Below, in pieces: positions 52,373-64,000 of a stretch of 64,000 nt of DNA. This DNA comes from Haplodiscus bocki (Eukaryota), in NCBI GenBank assembly GCA_965655095.1, contig OZ296657.1, positions 7,688,001 to 7,752,000 of the forward strand, given 5' to 3'. Below the pieces are notes generated by a model. It worked only from the letters and a program-made list of their open reading frames with translations, searched no databases and was not told the origin of the DNA. Position numbers and translations under genes: made by a program. The stretch's first letter is position 1. Every line of letters begins with the position of its first letter.

Positions 52373-52938
52373 AGTAGTGTACAAAAAAGCATAAGAGGCC
52401 AGCTGCGGCGGCCGCACATATCAACCAAAAAAAACTAAAAATAAAAAAATTCATAGCAGAGTCCCTACACAGGGGCATAATTATAAAATAAAATAAAAAA
52501 CCACACATGAAATAGGATAAAAAAATTATGCTATATCAAGGGGGGTATAGGACTAAAAACCTAATTTCATAAACTAGTGAAATCACATGAAACTATAACT
52601 TATCGATGTTGTAAAATTAAAATTTAAATAAAATTTGTAAGAATAAAATAAAAAAAAATATTTATCAATGTGGTAGGAAATTATAAATAAAATTACACTA
52701 TATCAAGGGGGTATCATAGGACTTTATAATTTATCAAGGATGTAAAATTATAATTTAAACAAAATTGAAAAAAATTAAAATTTCAACGATGTATATAAAT
52801 ATTTAAAAAAATAATATAAAATATACAAATCCTTGTGTAGGATAAAACTGCTACGTATTTTCTTCTTTTTAATTTTTTGTTAAAATGTGTGATCCTTGCA
52901 ACTAGCCTCTACTAGCCTGTACTTTTTTGTACACTACT
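52373..52938. mobile_element. 566-bp segment bounded by Polinton-type AGTAGT...ACTACT inverted termini
   Basis: AGTAGTGTACAAAAAAG at 52373 and its exact reverse complement at 52922-52938; imperfect match continues to ~70 bp. No 6-bp target duplication. Confidence 0.75.
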
Positions 52939-53742
52939 TGAAAATTATGTTGAATTTTAAAACTTTGTAAAACTAAAAAAATCAAAGAAATATACAATAA
53001 TAATTATGTTCATTTATTCGATCACATGAAATTATGTTAAATTATACTATGCGGGTACACAGGAAAGAAGAATAATTTTCGTAAAAAAATTTTTGCAATG
53101 ATATTACGCAGGAAATTATATTGAAAACTAAAAAATTATGTGAAATTATAAGAATACAACAACTTATAAATTATACTATCGCTCCCATGGTTTACTTTTA
53201 ACTTTGAATTATAATTAAAATAGATATATATTGAAAATAAACAATGTATATTATAAAAAAAACGTTTATTTGAAAAAATAATCAATCATTTGTGAAATTT
53301 GAAAATCGATAAAGATGAAGATCGACTTGTTAGTGAAAATTTATTGAAAATCAGTCGTAGTTTAAGATATGATGTTTATAAGAATAATATTAAAAAATTT
53401 ATTCTTAATATTAAAATAATAAAAAAATAATATTAAAGAGTTTTTTTTGAACAAATTGAAGTCATTAAACAGTACAGACAATCTGTAATGAATAGTTAAA
53501 ATATAAGTTTTTCCGTTCTATAAACAAAAATTTTTAAAATTAAAGGTACGATTCTTGGTTACAGTATATGAGAAAAATAATGAGTATTGGTGTGATATGT
53601 TACAGGAATAATAAAATACAACTATTGTGTATGCACAACTAAACCCACACAGACTCTGTTCGAAAATTAAGTGTACAAGGAAGAAATTTTCATCGTATTG
53701 AGAAAAAAAACAAAGAATTTCACTGTAAATTATTTCGATTAA

Positions 53743-54280
53743 ATGACTTATTATTGTAAATTATGTGAAAAATCAGTGATAAACAAATCAAAAAATATTC
53801 ATTCAAAGTCAATAAATCATAAAACACTCGATTATTCTAATATAAGAACGTATATTTTTCTCACACCCAATTTTGATGATGTTGATGAAATAATGAGGAA
53901 ATATAATAACATCTATAATGAAAATATGATCTATATGGGATTCATTGTGTATTAAAACTATTACACAACAAATCATGTTAGATATATTATGATTAATACA
54001 AAACTTAATTTAGATTATCTTTTTAACTTTTCTAAAAATTCGATTTTGTCTAGAAGCAATCAAGATCGATATTTTTTTCTCATCTATATGAGATTCAAAT
54101 TACTTTTAAAAGTTCTATTAGATTTTATATGACAAAAGATTACTAACTTAAACAACCAAAACATATGTGTGAAATTAAATTAAAGCAAGTATTAGCTAAA
54201 AACTCACGAATTATAAAACGTTTAATTAGACAGTCAAACCTTCCATTAATTAGAAAACATACTCATCGAGGAAAAATTTA
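53743..54280 (+). pseudogene. C2H2-like zinc-finger viral protein, frameshifted
   Basis: MTYYCKLCEKSVINKSKNIHSKSINH (CxxC...HxxSxxH). Confidence 0.55.
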
Positions 54281-54343
54281 GAGTTGTCATTGATATACAA
54301 ATAAACAGTTTTAAATTAATATAATATTGTTTTTTGCTTTTAA

Positions 54344-54660
54344 ATGAATAACACTTATTTTGTGGAACAGAAAGCAAAAACTGGTGATCTCAATGCTTAA
54401 TTGATAAAGAGACATTATATGTTTGATAAAATGACTTAATTTAAGGAAATCAAGTCTACCAATCCAAAACTAAAACAATCTGAATAAGCTAGAGAACTGA
54501 AAATATGATCATCTACACTACAACGATATAGAAGAGAAGTAAATATGCTTTCACCCTATAGAACACCATCGTCACCAAACACTCACACAAGAAAACACAA
54601 GACTTCACACCATATAGAAAACGACCTCAAAACGCTGTTGAATGACCTCATAATGACCTC
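54344..54660 (+). pseudogene. Helix-turn-helix protein with internal stops
   Basis: NPKLKQSEIARELKI*SSTLQRYRR. Confidence 0.6.
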
Positions 54661-55199
54661 AAATTTTCTTGGCTGACTTTAAAGAAATCATAAAAAAAGA
54701 TTCTAAGGTTCAAAACGAAATAACACAAACCATAGAAAAATACAACAAACAAACATATTCGACACAATCAAAAATAGGTCAACATGTTTTAATTCAAAGA
54801 AAAGTCCCTGAACAAGCAATAAAAAAAATGGGAGAGACTGTTGAAGATATGGATATTGAGACAGAGCAGAAACATAATAAAATAGAATTCTTAGAAAATG
54901 AAATACGATTACCGGATTTTAAAGTTATTTAGGAAACGAATAGATTAGGATTTAATAACATGTCATCCAAAAGAATAGGCCATACGAATATGGAGAAAAT
55001 AAAGAACTCGCTTAATAATCATAAATACATTAAAAACAAAAACAATTAAATCTAAAATCTTTAAACAAAAGTTTTCTGTTGATGATGACTTACTTATAGA
55101 AACAATTTCATAAGAAATATCTATCTGTTTATCAATTTTTGTATACAACCCCTTTTATCTTTGTTAAATATTGCCATATTTCAGCTAGAATAAATTTTG

Positions 55200-55590
55200 G
55201 GAAAGCGAATTTGATAACATCGTTTCTTCAAAAGTTGGAGTTTATGATAGCATTATTAATCAATTAAAACTCAAAGTAAACGATACTTTTGAAAAGGATG
55301 AAAAATTAACGACAAATTTTGAAAATGTTTGATGACTCAGATGTAATAAATAAAATTTTTTAAGATGAAAAATTATCAAAAACACAAGGTCAGACCTCTA
55401 ATATTGAAAAAGTTTACAAAGAACTCAAATTGCTTTGCGACAAACAATCTAAAGAAGATGTTTTAATTCAAAAAGCTGTGAAACCCACTATAAAAATACT
55501 TTATAACCAGGGTTTATTCGGCAATTACAACACTTCTGTTGCAACAATTCAAGACTTCTCGTTAACTCGAAGATGACCCGATTTAGAGGA
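55200..55590 (+). pseudogene. Possible fiber-like structural protein remnant
   Basis: DSDVINKIF*DEKL resembles the DxxNKxYVD fiber repeat; otherwise unassigned. Confidence 0.3.
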
Positions 55591-55609
55591 AGTAATAACT
55601 AATTAAATT

Positions 55610-56021
55610 CAACGATTTTGTTATAAATAAACTTTAGAAAATAAAGCAACATCGGTTATAAAAATTCAACAAAGCCATTCTTCTTTAAATTTGAGGACAT
55701 AAAGATCTGTTTGACAGATGGTACTTTTTCAAGTGATATAGGAATAGAAATTTACACTCATCTGAAGGAACTCATTGGGTTTGTTATATAAGCGAAAATT
55801 GTTTTGATTCATATGGATATATATGCCCTAAAATTTTATCCAAAGTTATTTTAAAACGAAATGGACATTGTTTATATTCTGAAAACAAAACACAGGGTCT
55901 AACGTGCAGAAGAGAATCTTATTGTTCAAGTTACTGTTTACATAAAATTTATATGACAAAAGTTGTAGGAATACATTTTGAATCTGCTGTTTTAAATTTG
56001 TCCAATCAAACAATTTCTTGA
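55610..56021 (+). pseudogene. Adenain-type (adenovirus/Polinton) cysteine maturation protease
   Basis: Open from 55749: NLHSSEGTHWVCYISENCFDSYG...KTQG...SYCSSYCL, giving His, Asp, Gln and Cys in adenain order. The 5' part is frameshifted. Confidence 0.85.
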
Positions 56022-56212
56022 TTAAAAATGACATTGAGAAAAATAACTAATGATAAAAGTGTAAAATAGATTCCACAAAAGGAACAAACTCAAGATAGTA
56101 AACATAACACGAGAAAGAATGATCCACTTTCTCGTAAACAAAACAAAACCATTTTAGAAAACAATGAAAAATTCATTAAAAATAAAACAGGAGGAGTATT
56201 TAAAATATTTAA

Positions 56213-57270
56213 ATGATGAACAACGAATTGTTACTCCTAATTAAAAAACATACAGATACGTTAACTGAACAATCAAAGACAAAACATCAAGAAACGCATG
56301 ATTTTAAACTAAATAGGAAAATTGAAACTTTTTCTCTAAATCCATCAATAAAATTAGTTGAAGAAGGAGAATGGCTATTGGGAGTCACGAATTTTGAAGG
56401 ACCGATCTTTGTTCTTAATATGACTGACGAAAACAATAGTTTTCCAAGAGGCAAACCAGGTCGTTGGAGAAGTCCTAACTATTTAGAGGATGGAATTATT
56501 TAAAAACTAAGGAAATTACTAAAACATAAATCTCAAAATGGTATTGAAATACATGTCGAAGAGTTTGAAAAGAGAGTAAATAAACAAAAATTGAAATCAA
56601 TATATTGTCCTTATCAGAGATTGATACCTTAAAAAATACTTGAAGAATTAGAAAGCGATAATTATCAAACTCTCTTGAAGATTTAGTTTATACAGTGCAA
56701 CTAACATATAATGAAATTATGGATGTATTAGATATAAAATATTTTCTATCAAAAAGAACATGTTATACCTTACCACCTGGAATAAATGAAATAAGCGATT
56801 TTAACAAAACTCAGTATTTTATCAACCAATTTTGTGAAAGTAAGTAATACTATTGATGATATTAGATTAAGATCTATTTTAAATATTATTCAAACTTTAG
56901 TTTTCCTTGAAAAAAATTTTTCCATACATTTTTAAGATTTACTTAATCGCATTCGGGAGCCCTAGTTGATATCGATGTATATATTCAAATAAAACCAGGA
57001 ACTTACAAAAATGAAAAACCTATTAATATTATAGGCGTTGACAAAATTCGTCTAAAATGTGATTCTATTAATAGTAGTATTGTTAACGATATGCGAGAAC
57101 CTACTTTTTAGGGTCATAAAGTATATAAAGAACCTCTAATTAAACTTTTTAAAAGAACAAATAAAATTGATCTGTCTCAGATAACCTTTTAATTGGAAGA
57201 TTATGATCACAAAGCTGTTGATTTTAATAAAGAAACGGTAAGTTTCACTTGTCAACCAATTAAAAAACAA
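56213..57270 (+). pseudogene. Minor capsid (penton-like) protein 1
   Basis: N-terminal FSLNPSIKL..EWLLGVTNF; C-terminal VDKIRLKCDSINSSIVN..EP..LSQITF*LEDYDHKAVDFNKETVSFTCQ. Confidence 0.7.
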
Positions 57271-57289
57271 GAAAAAAGTGAACCTTAAT

Positions 57290-58381
57290 ATGATTATTCT
57301 CAAAAATGAGAAAAAAAATTTTTACTTTCAATAAGTAAAAATTGTGAAACGCTCTTTATAAAAATCATAGGAAAGCAAAAGAAACATTGGAATTTAAACT
57401 CACCAAACAAGAGAAACTTTTTCTTTCAAACCACCAATATCGATTGTTGAATGTTGCATGATGAGGTTAATAGGTCTAGAAGTATATAATTCTACTTCCA
57501 ACATTAACATTATAGCACAAAACAACAAATTCGAACATTATACAGGTACTTTTGATGAGTTTTCGTTTGAAGAAACAGAAGAGGATCTTGGGGAAATCCT
57601 TAATACTTCAGATATTACATCATCTCAACTTCAACATGAAATAACAAAACCGCGTAATATTCAAGCGCATATTAAATTGCGATTAGAAGAGTCAAACGCT
57701 GGCGGTCATGTTATAATTTTAATAAGTTTGCTAGATCTCCATTTCGAGATTTTGAATGTTATCTCAGAATTGTAGTTGGTTCGGATGAAGATGATGTTCA
57801 ATTAACTTTAGAACAATATAATTCATTTTTTATCGCCCATGAATTGACTATAATGTTTTACACAATTAAAGATATTTCAGAGGTTGTTTACACCATGGGT
57901 CATCACGAAGGAACCCCACAAATTGAATATGATGTTGGAAGCATGAAATTAAAAATTATTTTGACTCGTTTTTGATCAACATTTGGAACGTTGAGATTTG
58001 ATAATAAATCCTTTTTTATTACTTTATTAGGTTTCACACCATATTCGGATTATAAACCCAATAATGCTACTCATGCTGATTCTTCATGTGAATACACTAG
58101 TGGAAAAATTTTAAATTTAAGTTTAATAAATATAAATCTTTTGAAATGTGATGTTATTGATTGTACTCTTCAAAATGGTTTAAAACAACCAATAATTTTT
58201 AGTTTCGTTTCAGATAAACCACCGTGGTATAAAGTAAATTGTGAACTTGAAACAATTCATTAAAAAAACAAATAAATCTGTTTTGAATACTATATCATTT
58301 TTTTTAGAAGATGATAAAATTGAAGAAGTTACTTTTGATGGAGAAACGTTGACATTTACTTTACAATTTTTTAAAATTTGA
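57290..58381 (+). pseudogene. Minor capsid (penton-like) protein 2
   Basis: FSFKPPISI..LIGLEVYNS; LLGF; INLLKCDVIDCTLQNGLKQPIIFSF..KPPWYKV..LNTISFFLEDD..VTFDGETLTFTLQF. Confidence 0.75.
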
Positions 58382-58384
58382 ACT

Positions 58385-58789
58385 AATAAAAGAGTTTTCA
58401 GAAATTTAAAAGTTTTTCTTATTGTGCTGGAGGTAGACATAGATCTGCTACAAAAAGTATTTATGGTGATATAACCTCTAAAGTTAATAAAGTACTAATT
58501 CGTTTTTAATCCATTTGTAATACAAAAAAGTTGATGACTGTTGGTGATAACACGATACAAGCAGAGGGACCAGGTAGCTTTTTCAAAAAAGTTGGGAAGA
58601 ATTTCTGCTAAAGTTGGTAATTTGTTAGCAACTAATGTATTGAAAAATCCAACCAGAGCTTTGGAAATTACTTCAAATATTGCTACCGCAGCGGCATCTT
58701 GAAGCCCTAAAGCAGCTTCATCATTACTACCTAAAGTTTTCATTTTTTATCACACAAGAAAAAACTTGTATTTGCCAAGATGTATTTGA
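58385..58789 (+). pseudogene. Small virion protein with Cys/His knuckle and amphipathic helix (protein VI-like by analogy)
   Basis: SYCAGGRH...*SICNTKK..IQAEGPGSFFKKLGRISAKVG..VLKNPTRALEITSNIATAAAS*SPKAA; two in-frame stops. Confidence 0.55.
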
Positions 58790-58799
58790 TTTTATACCA

Positions 58800-59340
58800 C
58801 TTAGGTGGAAAAAAAACAAAAAAATTATATCCTTCTGCTCCTATATTGGTTGACGAGGATTTTAAGAAGAGCTTAGAAAAAACACAGAGTAATGTAAATA
58901 GTTTTGATAATTCAATTATTATTATTAGAGAAAAGATTAGATACTTCAAAGATGAAAACAAAAAATCTAAAAAGAATCATAAATTCAAAAGATTCTAAAC
59001 ACAATATCAGAATCAGTAGACACAATTGTTATTATTGGAGCAAGCTCAACTTCTATAACTTTATCGATTCTTGGTATCGGTTTAATTATTTTACCAGTAT
59101 CAGCTGAAATTGCGTGTGCTCTATCATTAGGTAACAAAGTATTACATAAGATGATCATAAATAAATGTATTAAAAACAAAAAACAATTTTATAAAGACAA
59201 AAAAAAACAATTAATTGTTTTGATAAAGTATACAGAAAGAGCTTGCAAGTAAACGTGATTGAAAAAAAAGATTATGAACCTCTCTGTAATAGTTCTACTA
59301 AGATTTTGCATGAAACGAAAAATGAATCCTTTTTTAAATA
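58800..59340 (+). pseudogene. LYPSAP coiled-coil plus hydrophobic-hairpin membrane protein
   Basis: KKLYPSAPIL, a coiled coil, then after a frameshift VDTIVIIGASSTSITLSILGIGLIILPVSAEIACALSLG and a basic tail. Confidence 0.6.
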
Positions 59341-59477
59341 TGAACATTAAAAAAATTAAACTTCTTCAGTAATAAAAAAATGAAATTCAACCTGGAACAT
59401 AGAACTTAGAACCGATCTGTTTCAATAACTTGTGAACAGTTCTTTGTTAATAACATGTGAACTGTTCCATATTTTAA

Positions 59478-60194
59478 ATGGATAAGAATAAAAATTATAC
59501 AGTATGTAACATAAAATCAGATATAGACAATTACAAGAAATACAGAACTGTTTGTAAGGATTGTTACCATAAAAAGAAAAGAAAAAGCAATAATAGAACC
59601 TTAATCCAAAATACACATCACACCTCTTCTGGAAATGATATTAGTACCTCACACCAACAATCAAAAACCGATACTGTTAACAATTACAATCGAACCCTCA
59701 TCATAGGATTTTCAAATTGTGGTAAAACCTACCTAATGATTGGTATTCTGCTTCAAAAACAAGAACCAGTTTTTATAATTACAAAATCACTAAATCAGTA
59801 TCCTAATATCGAATCTCAACCATCAGATGAAACACAATTTTTAGAAGTTTTAAGAAACAGTACCCTTGTTTTTGACGATATGTTGCAATCGGAACAAGCA
59901 AGCAACACCAATTTGTTTTTTACAAGAAGGGGTCATAATAATAGTGACATATACTATATATCTCAATGCTATGTTTTTCTCCCAAAAAACAAAATTCGTA
60001 AAGATTCTAATATAATTATTTTATTTTTACAAACTCGAGGGGATATCATACTAATATTTCATGATTTAGCAGGATTAAATATGAATCGAGAAAAATGGAA
60101 ACAGCTTTGTCATAATGCTCTGGGAAATATGTACATATATCTCAAATTTTACAGAAACAGCATCGTTTGCACGTTGTCCACCCTTTGGTTCTAG
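59478..60194 (+). CDS. A32/FtsK-like DNA packaging ATPase of Polinton type; 3' end probably disrupted
   Basis: Walker A RTLIIGFSNCGKT, Walker B LVFDD, FTRRGH arginine motif, ISQCY..LPK..IR..SN, N-terminal Cys cluster (VC..VCKDC). Confidence 0.9.
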   Translation: MDKNKNYTVCNIKSDIDNYKKYRTVCKDCYHKKKRKSNNRTLIQNTHHTSSGNDISTSHQQSKTDTVNNYNRTLIIGFSNCGKTYLMIGILLQKQEPVFIITKSLNQYPNIESQPSDETQFLEVLRNSTLVFDDMLQSEQASNTNLFFTRRGHNNSDIYYISQCYVFLPKNKIRKDSNIIILFLQTRGDIILIFHDLAGLNMNREKWKQLCHNALGNMYIYLKFYRNSIVCTLSTLWF

Positions 60195-61329
60195 ACATCG
60201 TAATGTTTTTAAACTTTGAACACTCCTCTCATTATGAGTATAGCATTGTTTACCCTTATCCGGATCCTCTGGAGACAAAAAGTGAACTGACTTCTGTTAT
60301 AGATAAAAAAGAGCAATGTCTACTTTATACAATGTCCTTTGGACGTAGACATAGGTATGTTTACTCCTATTTCACCCTTTTGGCGATAGATGTATTGAAA
60401 ATTTACTCTATACTTTTTTCCCTCACACATAAACTAAAAAAATTAAGAAGGTCTGCTTTTTTCACAATTAATGAAGTTAACGAATGACAAACACGCATCA
60501 AAAAACAAAGAAAAAATCTGTCTAAAACTGATAGGAGTAACAATTAGATACGAAAAGTGTTTATTTTAAAAAAAACACTTAAGCAGTAGATTTTTTGCAA
60601 TCAATTTTTAAAGCTTTTAATAGATATTTGAGGACACACGTCAAAATGAGAAGATAAAAAGTTGTATTGATAAACATATTTTCTCAATTCTACAGCCATG
60701 AGCTGCGTCCAGGAGCTCACGAAATCTTAAATAAAACAATACATCACGTTGTGGTCTACCATTTTTGCTAAAGGTTGATAATACTGTTGAAAATATTGGA
60801 ATTGAGTGAAAATGACGCATACACAGTGTGAGTGAGAAACACTCAATGTGATCATGAGTTTTTTTTCAATAGTGTCCTAAATTTTTCAGCCATCTGTCAA
60901 TGTAGGAAATCCGATTATTTCAAACCACCATCGATAATATTCAAATCTCCTGTGTTTTTGCTCATATATCTGTAGTAAGATGTATCCGAGAACGATTATT
61001 ACTTAGTTTTGATTTAAATGCACATTTTGCAATCCAAATGTTCTGTGAGCCGGTGACAAAACCTTTCAAAAAATTCAGAAATTTCTTTCCAGACTTTAAA
61101 CTTTCATTTATAATAAAAAGATCATAAACCAATTGAGTTTTATGGAGGAACAACAACGTTTACATTAGGATTTTTGGGAAGATAGAAAGTGGAATACAGG
61201 ACATTGTTTACTAAAAATTTATATTTAAAAGTTTCAAAGTTCAATCTAGATTGGTATTCATTGTTCTTCTTGTATAGACAGACGATAATGATACAGATTC
61301 GAAAACTAAAAAGAACTTGATTAGTATTC

Positions 61330-63560
61330 AACTAAACTTTAGCTGTTTGACGGAATTCAACAAAAAATGTCAATGATCGTGCCTCTTGACACTTTAGAAG
61401 CAGACCGATCAACTTGTTTCTCGAATAGAGTTCATCGCCCGGAAAACTTCAGCTTAGGCCAGCAAGATTGTTGTTGAAATAGTAAGCAAACCAAGAAAAG
61501 CTCTCGATATGAGAGCAATTTTTGATAGAGCAGCAGTTCATAGAATACCTAAGGCAGCTCCAGCAACCACTCAAATTATGGTGAAATTTTCGCAATTAAG
61601 GAAATTTCCTTTTTTCGGAAAATTGATTTGATACATATTTGGAAAATAGTTCCTGATAGTACAATGTTTTTAGTAGAAGATTGTAAATGATCTTTTACAA
61701 AAAGTGTTCATGTTGAGTGGTTACTTTTCATAAAAATTAATTTACAAAGTACTACATAGTCATATATTGCTGAGCAAGGTTTTTTGTCTTTGAAAAGATC
61801 CTCCACTGTGTGGAATGAATGAACTTGCGTAGCGGCTACTTTTTAGTGCGAGAATAATTTTTGCGATTTTGTACAATCTCTAAAAAAAACTAGACAAACG
61901 TTGATAAGCTTTTATCTAATTTAAAAATTTTTGAACTTTTTTCTGAGAGAGCAACGAAAAGGAATGATAGTTCGTTTACAAAAATCACCTTACTGAGAAA
62001 CTCGAAAATTGGTTCGGGAAACAGTTTTATACCATTTGTTTCTTTAATTCTAAACAACAAGCTGTTTCTGATGCCTTAGGTGTAACTGTTAATGCAAGAC
62101 CTATAGAAGTGATTGCTACAGATTTTAATGTTGACGTACTTTAACGATGACATCTACTGCTGTCAGCGTTTTGAACAATTTTTAATTTTTCTCTATCTCT
62201 TTGCTTTGGGTTTCTAACCTCGGAAAATGAAGTCTCATCTTGAATTTTCTACGTTCAATTGTTGAAACTGTTTATAAAGTTTGTTGTTTTTCTGCAATCT
62301 TTGTTCTTTATAAAATTTGGAACTGAAACTTCGCCATTCATTTTTAAAAAAGTGTTTTCGAAGAGATAGATAAACGGAGAAGTGAATATACAAATATGCC
62401 CACAATTTGTGTACGCCTAAAGGTGTAGAGATAGAAATGTCTGCTCTCTCTCTCTCTCTCAACTTCTTTGGTTTGAGCAATATTTACTCTTTGTCAACTC
62501 CTTTGGTTAAAAACATTGCACTTCTTTTCTTTCAACATTCCTCTGAATATAGGTACAGCATTGTTTTGTCCGTTCAAAATCCTCTGGAGGCAAAAATTAA
62601 ATCGATTTCTCTGATAGATATAGATAGAGGAAGGTCTACATTATTCAGCATGCCCTACACAAGGACATAGCTAGGGCCTACGTTTCGTCCACTCTTTTAG
62701 ATATAGATGTAATAAAATTTAGCTCTCTATTCTGTCCCTGACATAATAAAGATTAAGTTATCTCTATTTCAAGTCAACTCTTAAAGAAAAAAAATTTTTA
62801 GACTACTTTTTTACTCATCGAAGTAAAAGAAGTACAAGAGGAATTGCCATCAAAATAATTTTTATCAGAGAACAAAAGTAAGATCTGGAGTAAGAATTAA
62901 AAAAAGAACGGGGCAAACGATGAAAAATTTAATCTGAAAGATTATGAGGAGGCAGATATGAACTAATTCATTTTCATATCCAGAGTGCTTAAGAGAAGAA
63001 AAAAAAGCGTTTTTAAACCATTTTCTATGTTCTCTGGGAAAAAATATTTGATTTTAAAAATGACAAAAAATATAGAAGAAACAGTTATGTTATTCAAAAA
63101 CGCAAATCAACATTTTGAGTTGTCTTCGTCTCCACAAGTATCTCGGTAACAGGAGACCTCCGTCCAATTGAAAGTTGTCTTTCATTAAACACGAACCTTT
63201 TCTTCTGTTGGTGTCGAAATTTCCTCTATTCAAATGAACTGTAAACGTCCATACTTCACTAGAAAAATAGGTGAAGGTTCATGTTTTTTGTAGCTCAATC
63301 CAATTTTCGTCTCCCAAAAATAACGATATAAAAAATTGGAGTAATAAAATTTATTTATCAAACAGATTATCAAAGGTGATGAAAGTTTAAACAAAGTTAT
63401 ACTTGCTTGTGATATGAGTTGTGATGAAATCAAGCAAATCTGTAGAGAAGCATGGGAAAAATTGTTGTCTATCAACAAAATCAGAGGAAAAAGTGGAGTC
63501 ATAAATTGAAGTTATAAATTTATTAATCCAATTTTTACAGAATTGCTGATCTATCCAGTA
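61330..63560. mobile_element. Second, more decayed Polinton-like remnant
   Basis: VI-like paralog (+, ~61340-61630: VSKPRKALDMRAIFDRAAVHRIPKAA). Membrane-protein paralog (-, ~61900-62340: SVAITSIGLALTVTPKASETACCL). 62520-62750 resembles 60220-60440. ATPase C-terminus (+, ~63290-63460: AQSNFRLPKITI, DMSCDEIKQICREAW). Confidence 0.65.
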
Positions 63561-64000
63561 AAAATCAAGTATGATTTTGTTGCACAACTTTAAAAATAGT
63601 TAAAGGAAATTCTCAAATAAGAGAAGTTCTTCTACAACAGAAACTGTATCTACAGAATATCAATTACGAAGCTTTGAAGCTTTTCGAACCAGTAACGATA
63701 GCTCTTGAAGGTAATAAATAATGTTAGTTAACTGTTACAGTCTTGGAAAAAGAAACAAGCAAAGAGCCTTTTTTTCTGGTGCAAATCAAAATGAAAAGCA
63801 ATGCAGTTTTTGAAAAATGAATGTACTATACCTAATTTTCCTTTTATATATCCAGACAAAAAACTGACTGAATAAATTGTCACTTTTTATCATCTTTCAA
63901 CCGTTTGAACGAAAAACTTCATGAATCCATATTGAATGATAAAAGTCCTTAATAAAACTGTTGAAGTCCTCTCGTTTATTGACAACCAGGAAAGTTTATA

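Larger units (their letters stand above)
52939..60490 (+). mobile_element. Decayed Polinton/Maverick (adintovirus-like) endogenous virus, morphogenesis module
   Basis: Very AT-rich, intronless, co-oriented gene remnants: zinc finger, HTH, fiber-like, protease, two minor capsids, VI-like, membrane protein, ATPase. Major capsid and integrase not seen. Confidence 0.88.

Noticed and set aside
60500-61320. Possible minus-strand pPolB N-terminal remnant (SIINL..YCFI)
   Set aside because: Needs several frameshifts and shows no catalytic motif; a profile search is required.

Overview
AT-rich, repeat-dense animal (invertebrate) genomic DNA; the species cannot be determined from the sequence. One host gene dominates: a minus-strand FoxJ1-like forkhead gene whose five exons join in frame (36314-35609, 34801-34488, 33666-33431, 10761-10044, 9742-9005; 2712 nt, 903 aa). 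Its recognition helix is atypical and its third intron is 22.7 kb. That intron carries two antisense trypsin-fold pseudo-protease copies, a decayed Ty3/Gypsy gag-pol, non-autonomous DNA transposons and degenerate satellites. Upstream lies a complete but decayed BEL/Pao LTR retrotransposon (40479-50329, ACTAC target duplication) nested in a Mutator-like element with a 9-bp target duplication. Both of its LTRs contain a tRNA-like Pol III cassette (A box, B box, oligo-T). The right end (about 52.4-63.6 kb) holds decayed Polinton/adintovirus-like virus sequence: AGTAGT-terminated inverted repeats, adenain protease, two tandem minor capsid genes, a protein VI-like gene, an LYPSAP membrane protein, a packaging ATPase and a second rearranged remnant. 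The left end has a family of CACTGTAAAA-terminated elements built from GCAGGTAA motifs, one of them inside a perfect 108-bp-arm palindrome. Best candidates for something new: the Pol III cassette in the BEL/Pao LTRs, the late-domain membrane module of the Polinton-like virus and the altered FoxJ DNA-binding helix. All alignments and translations were done by eye.
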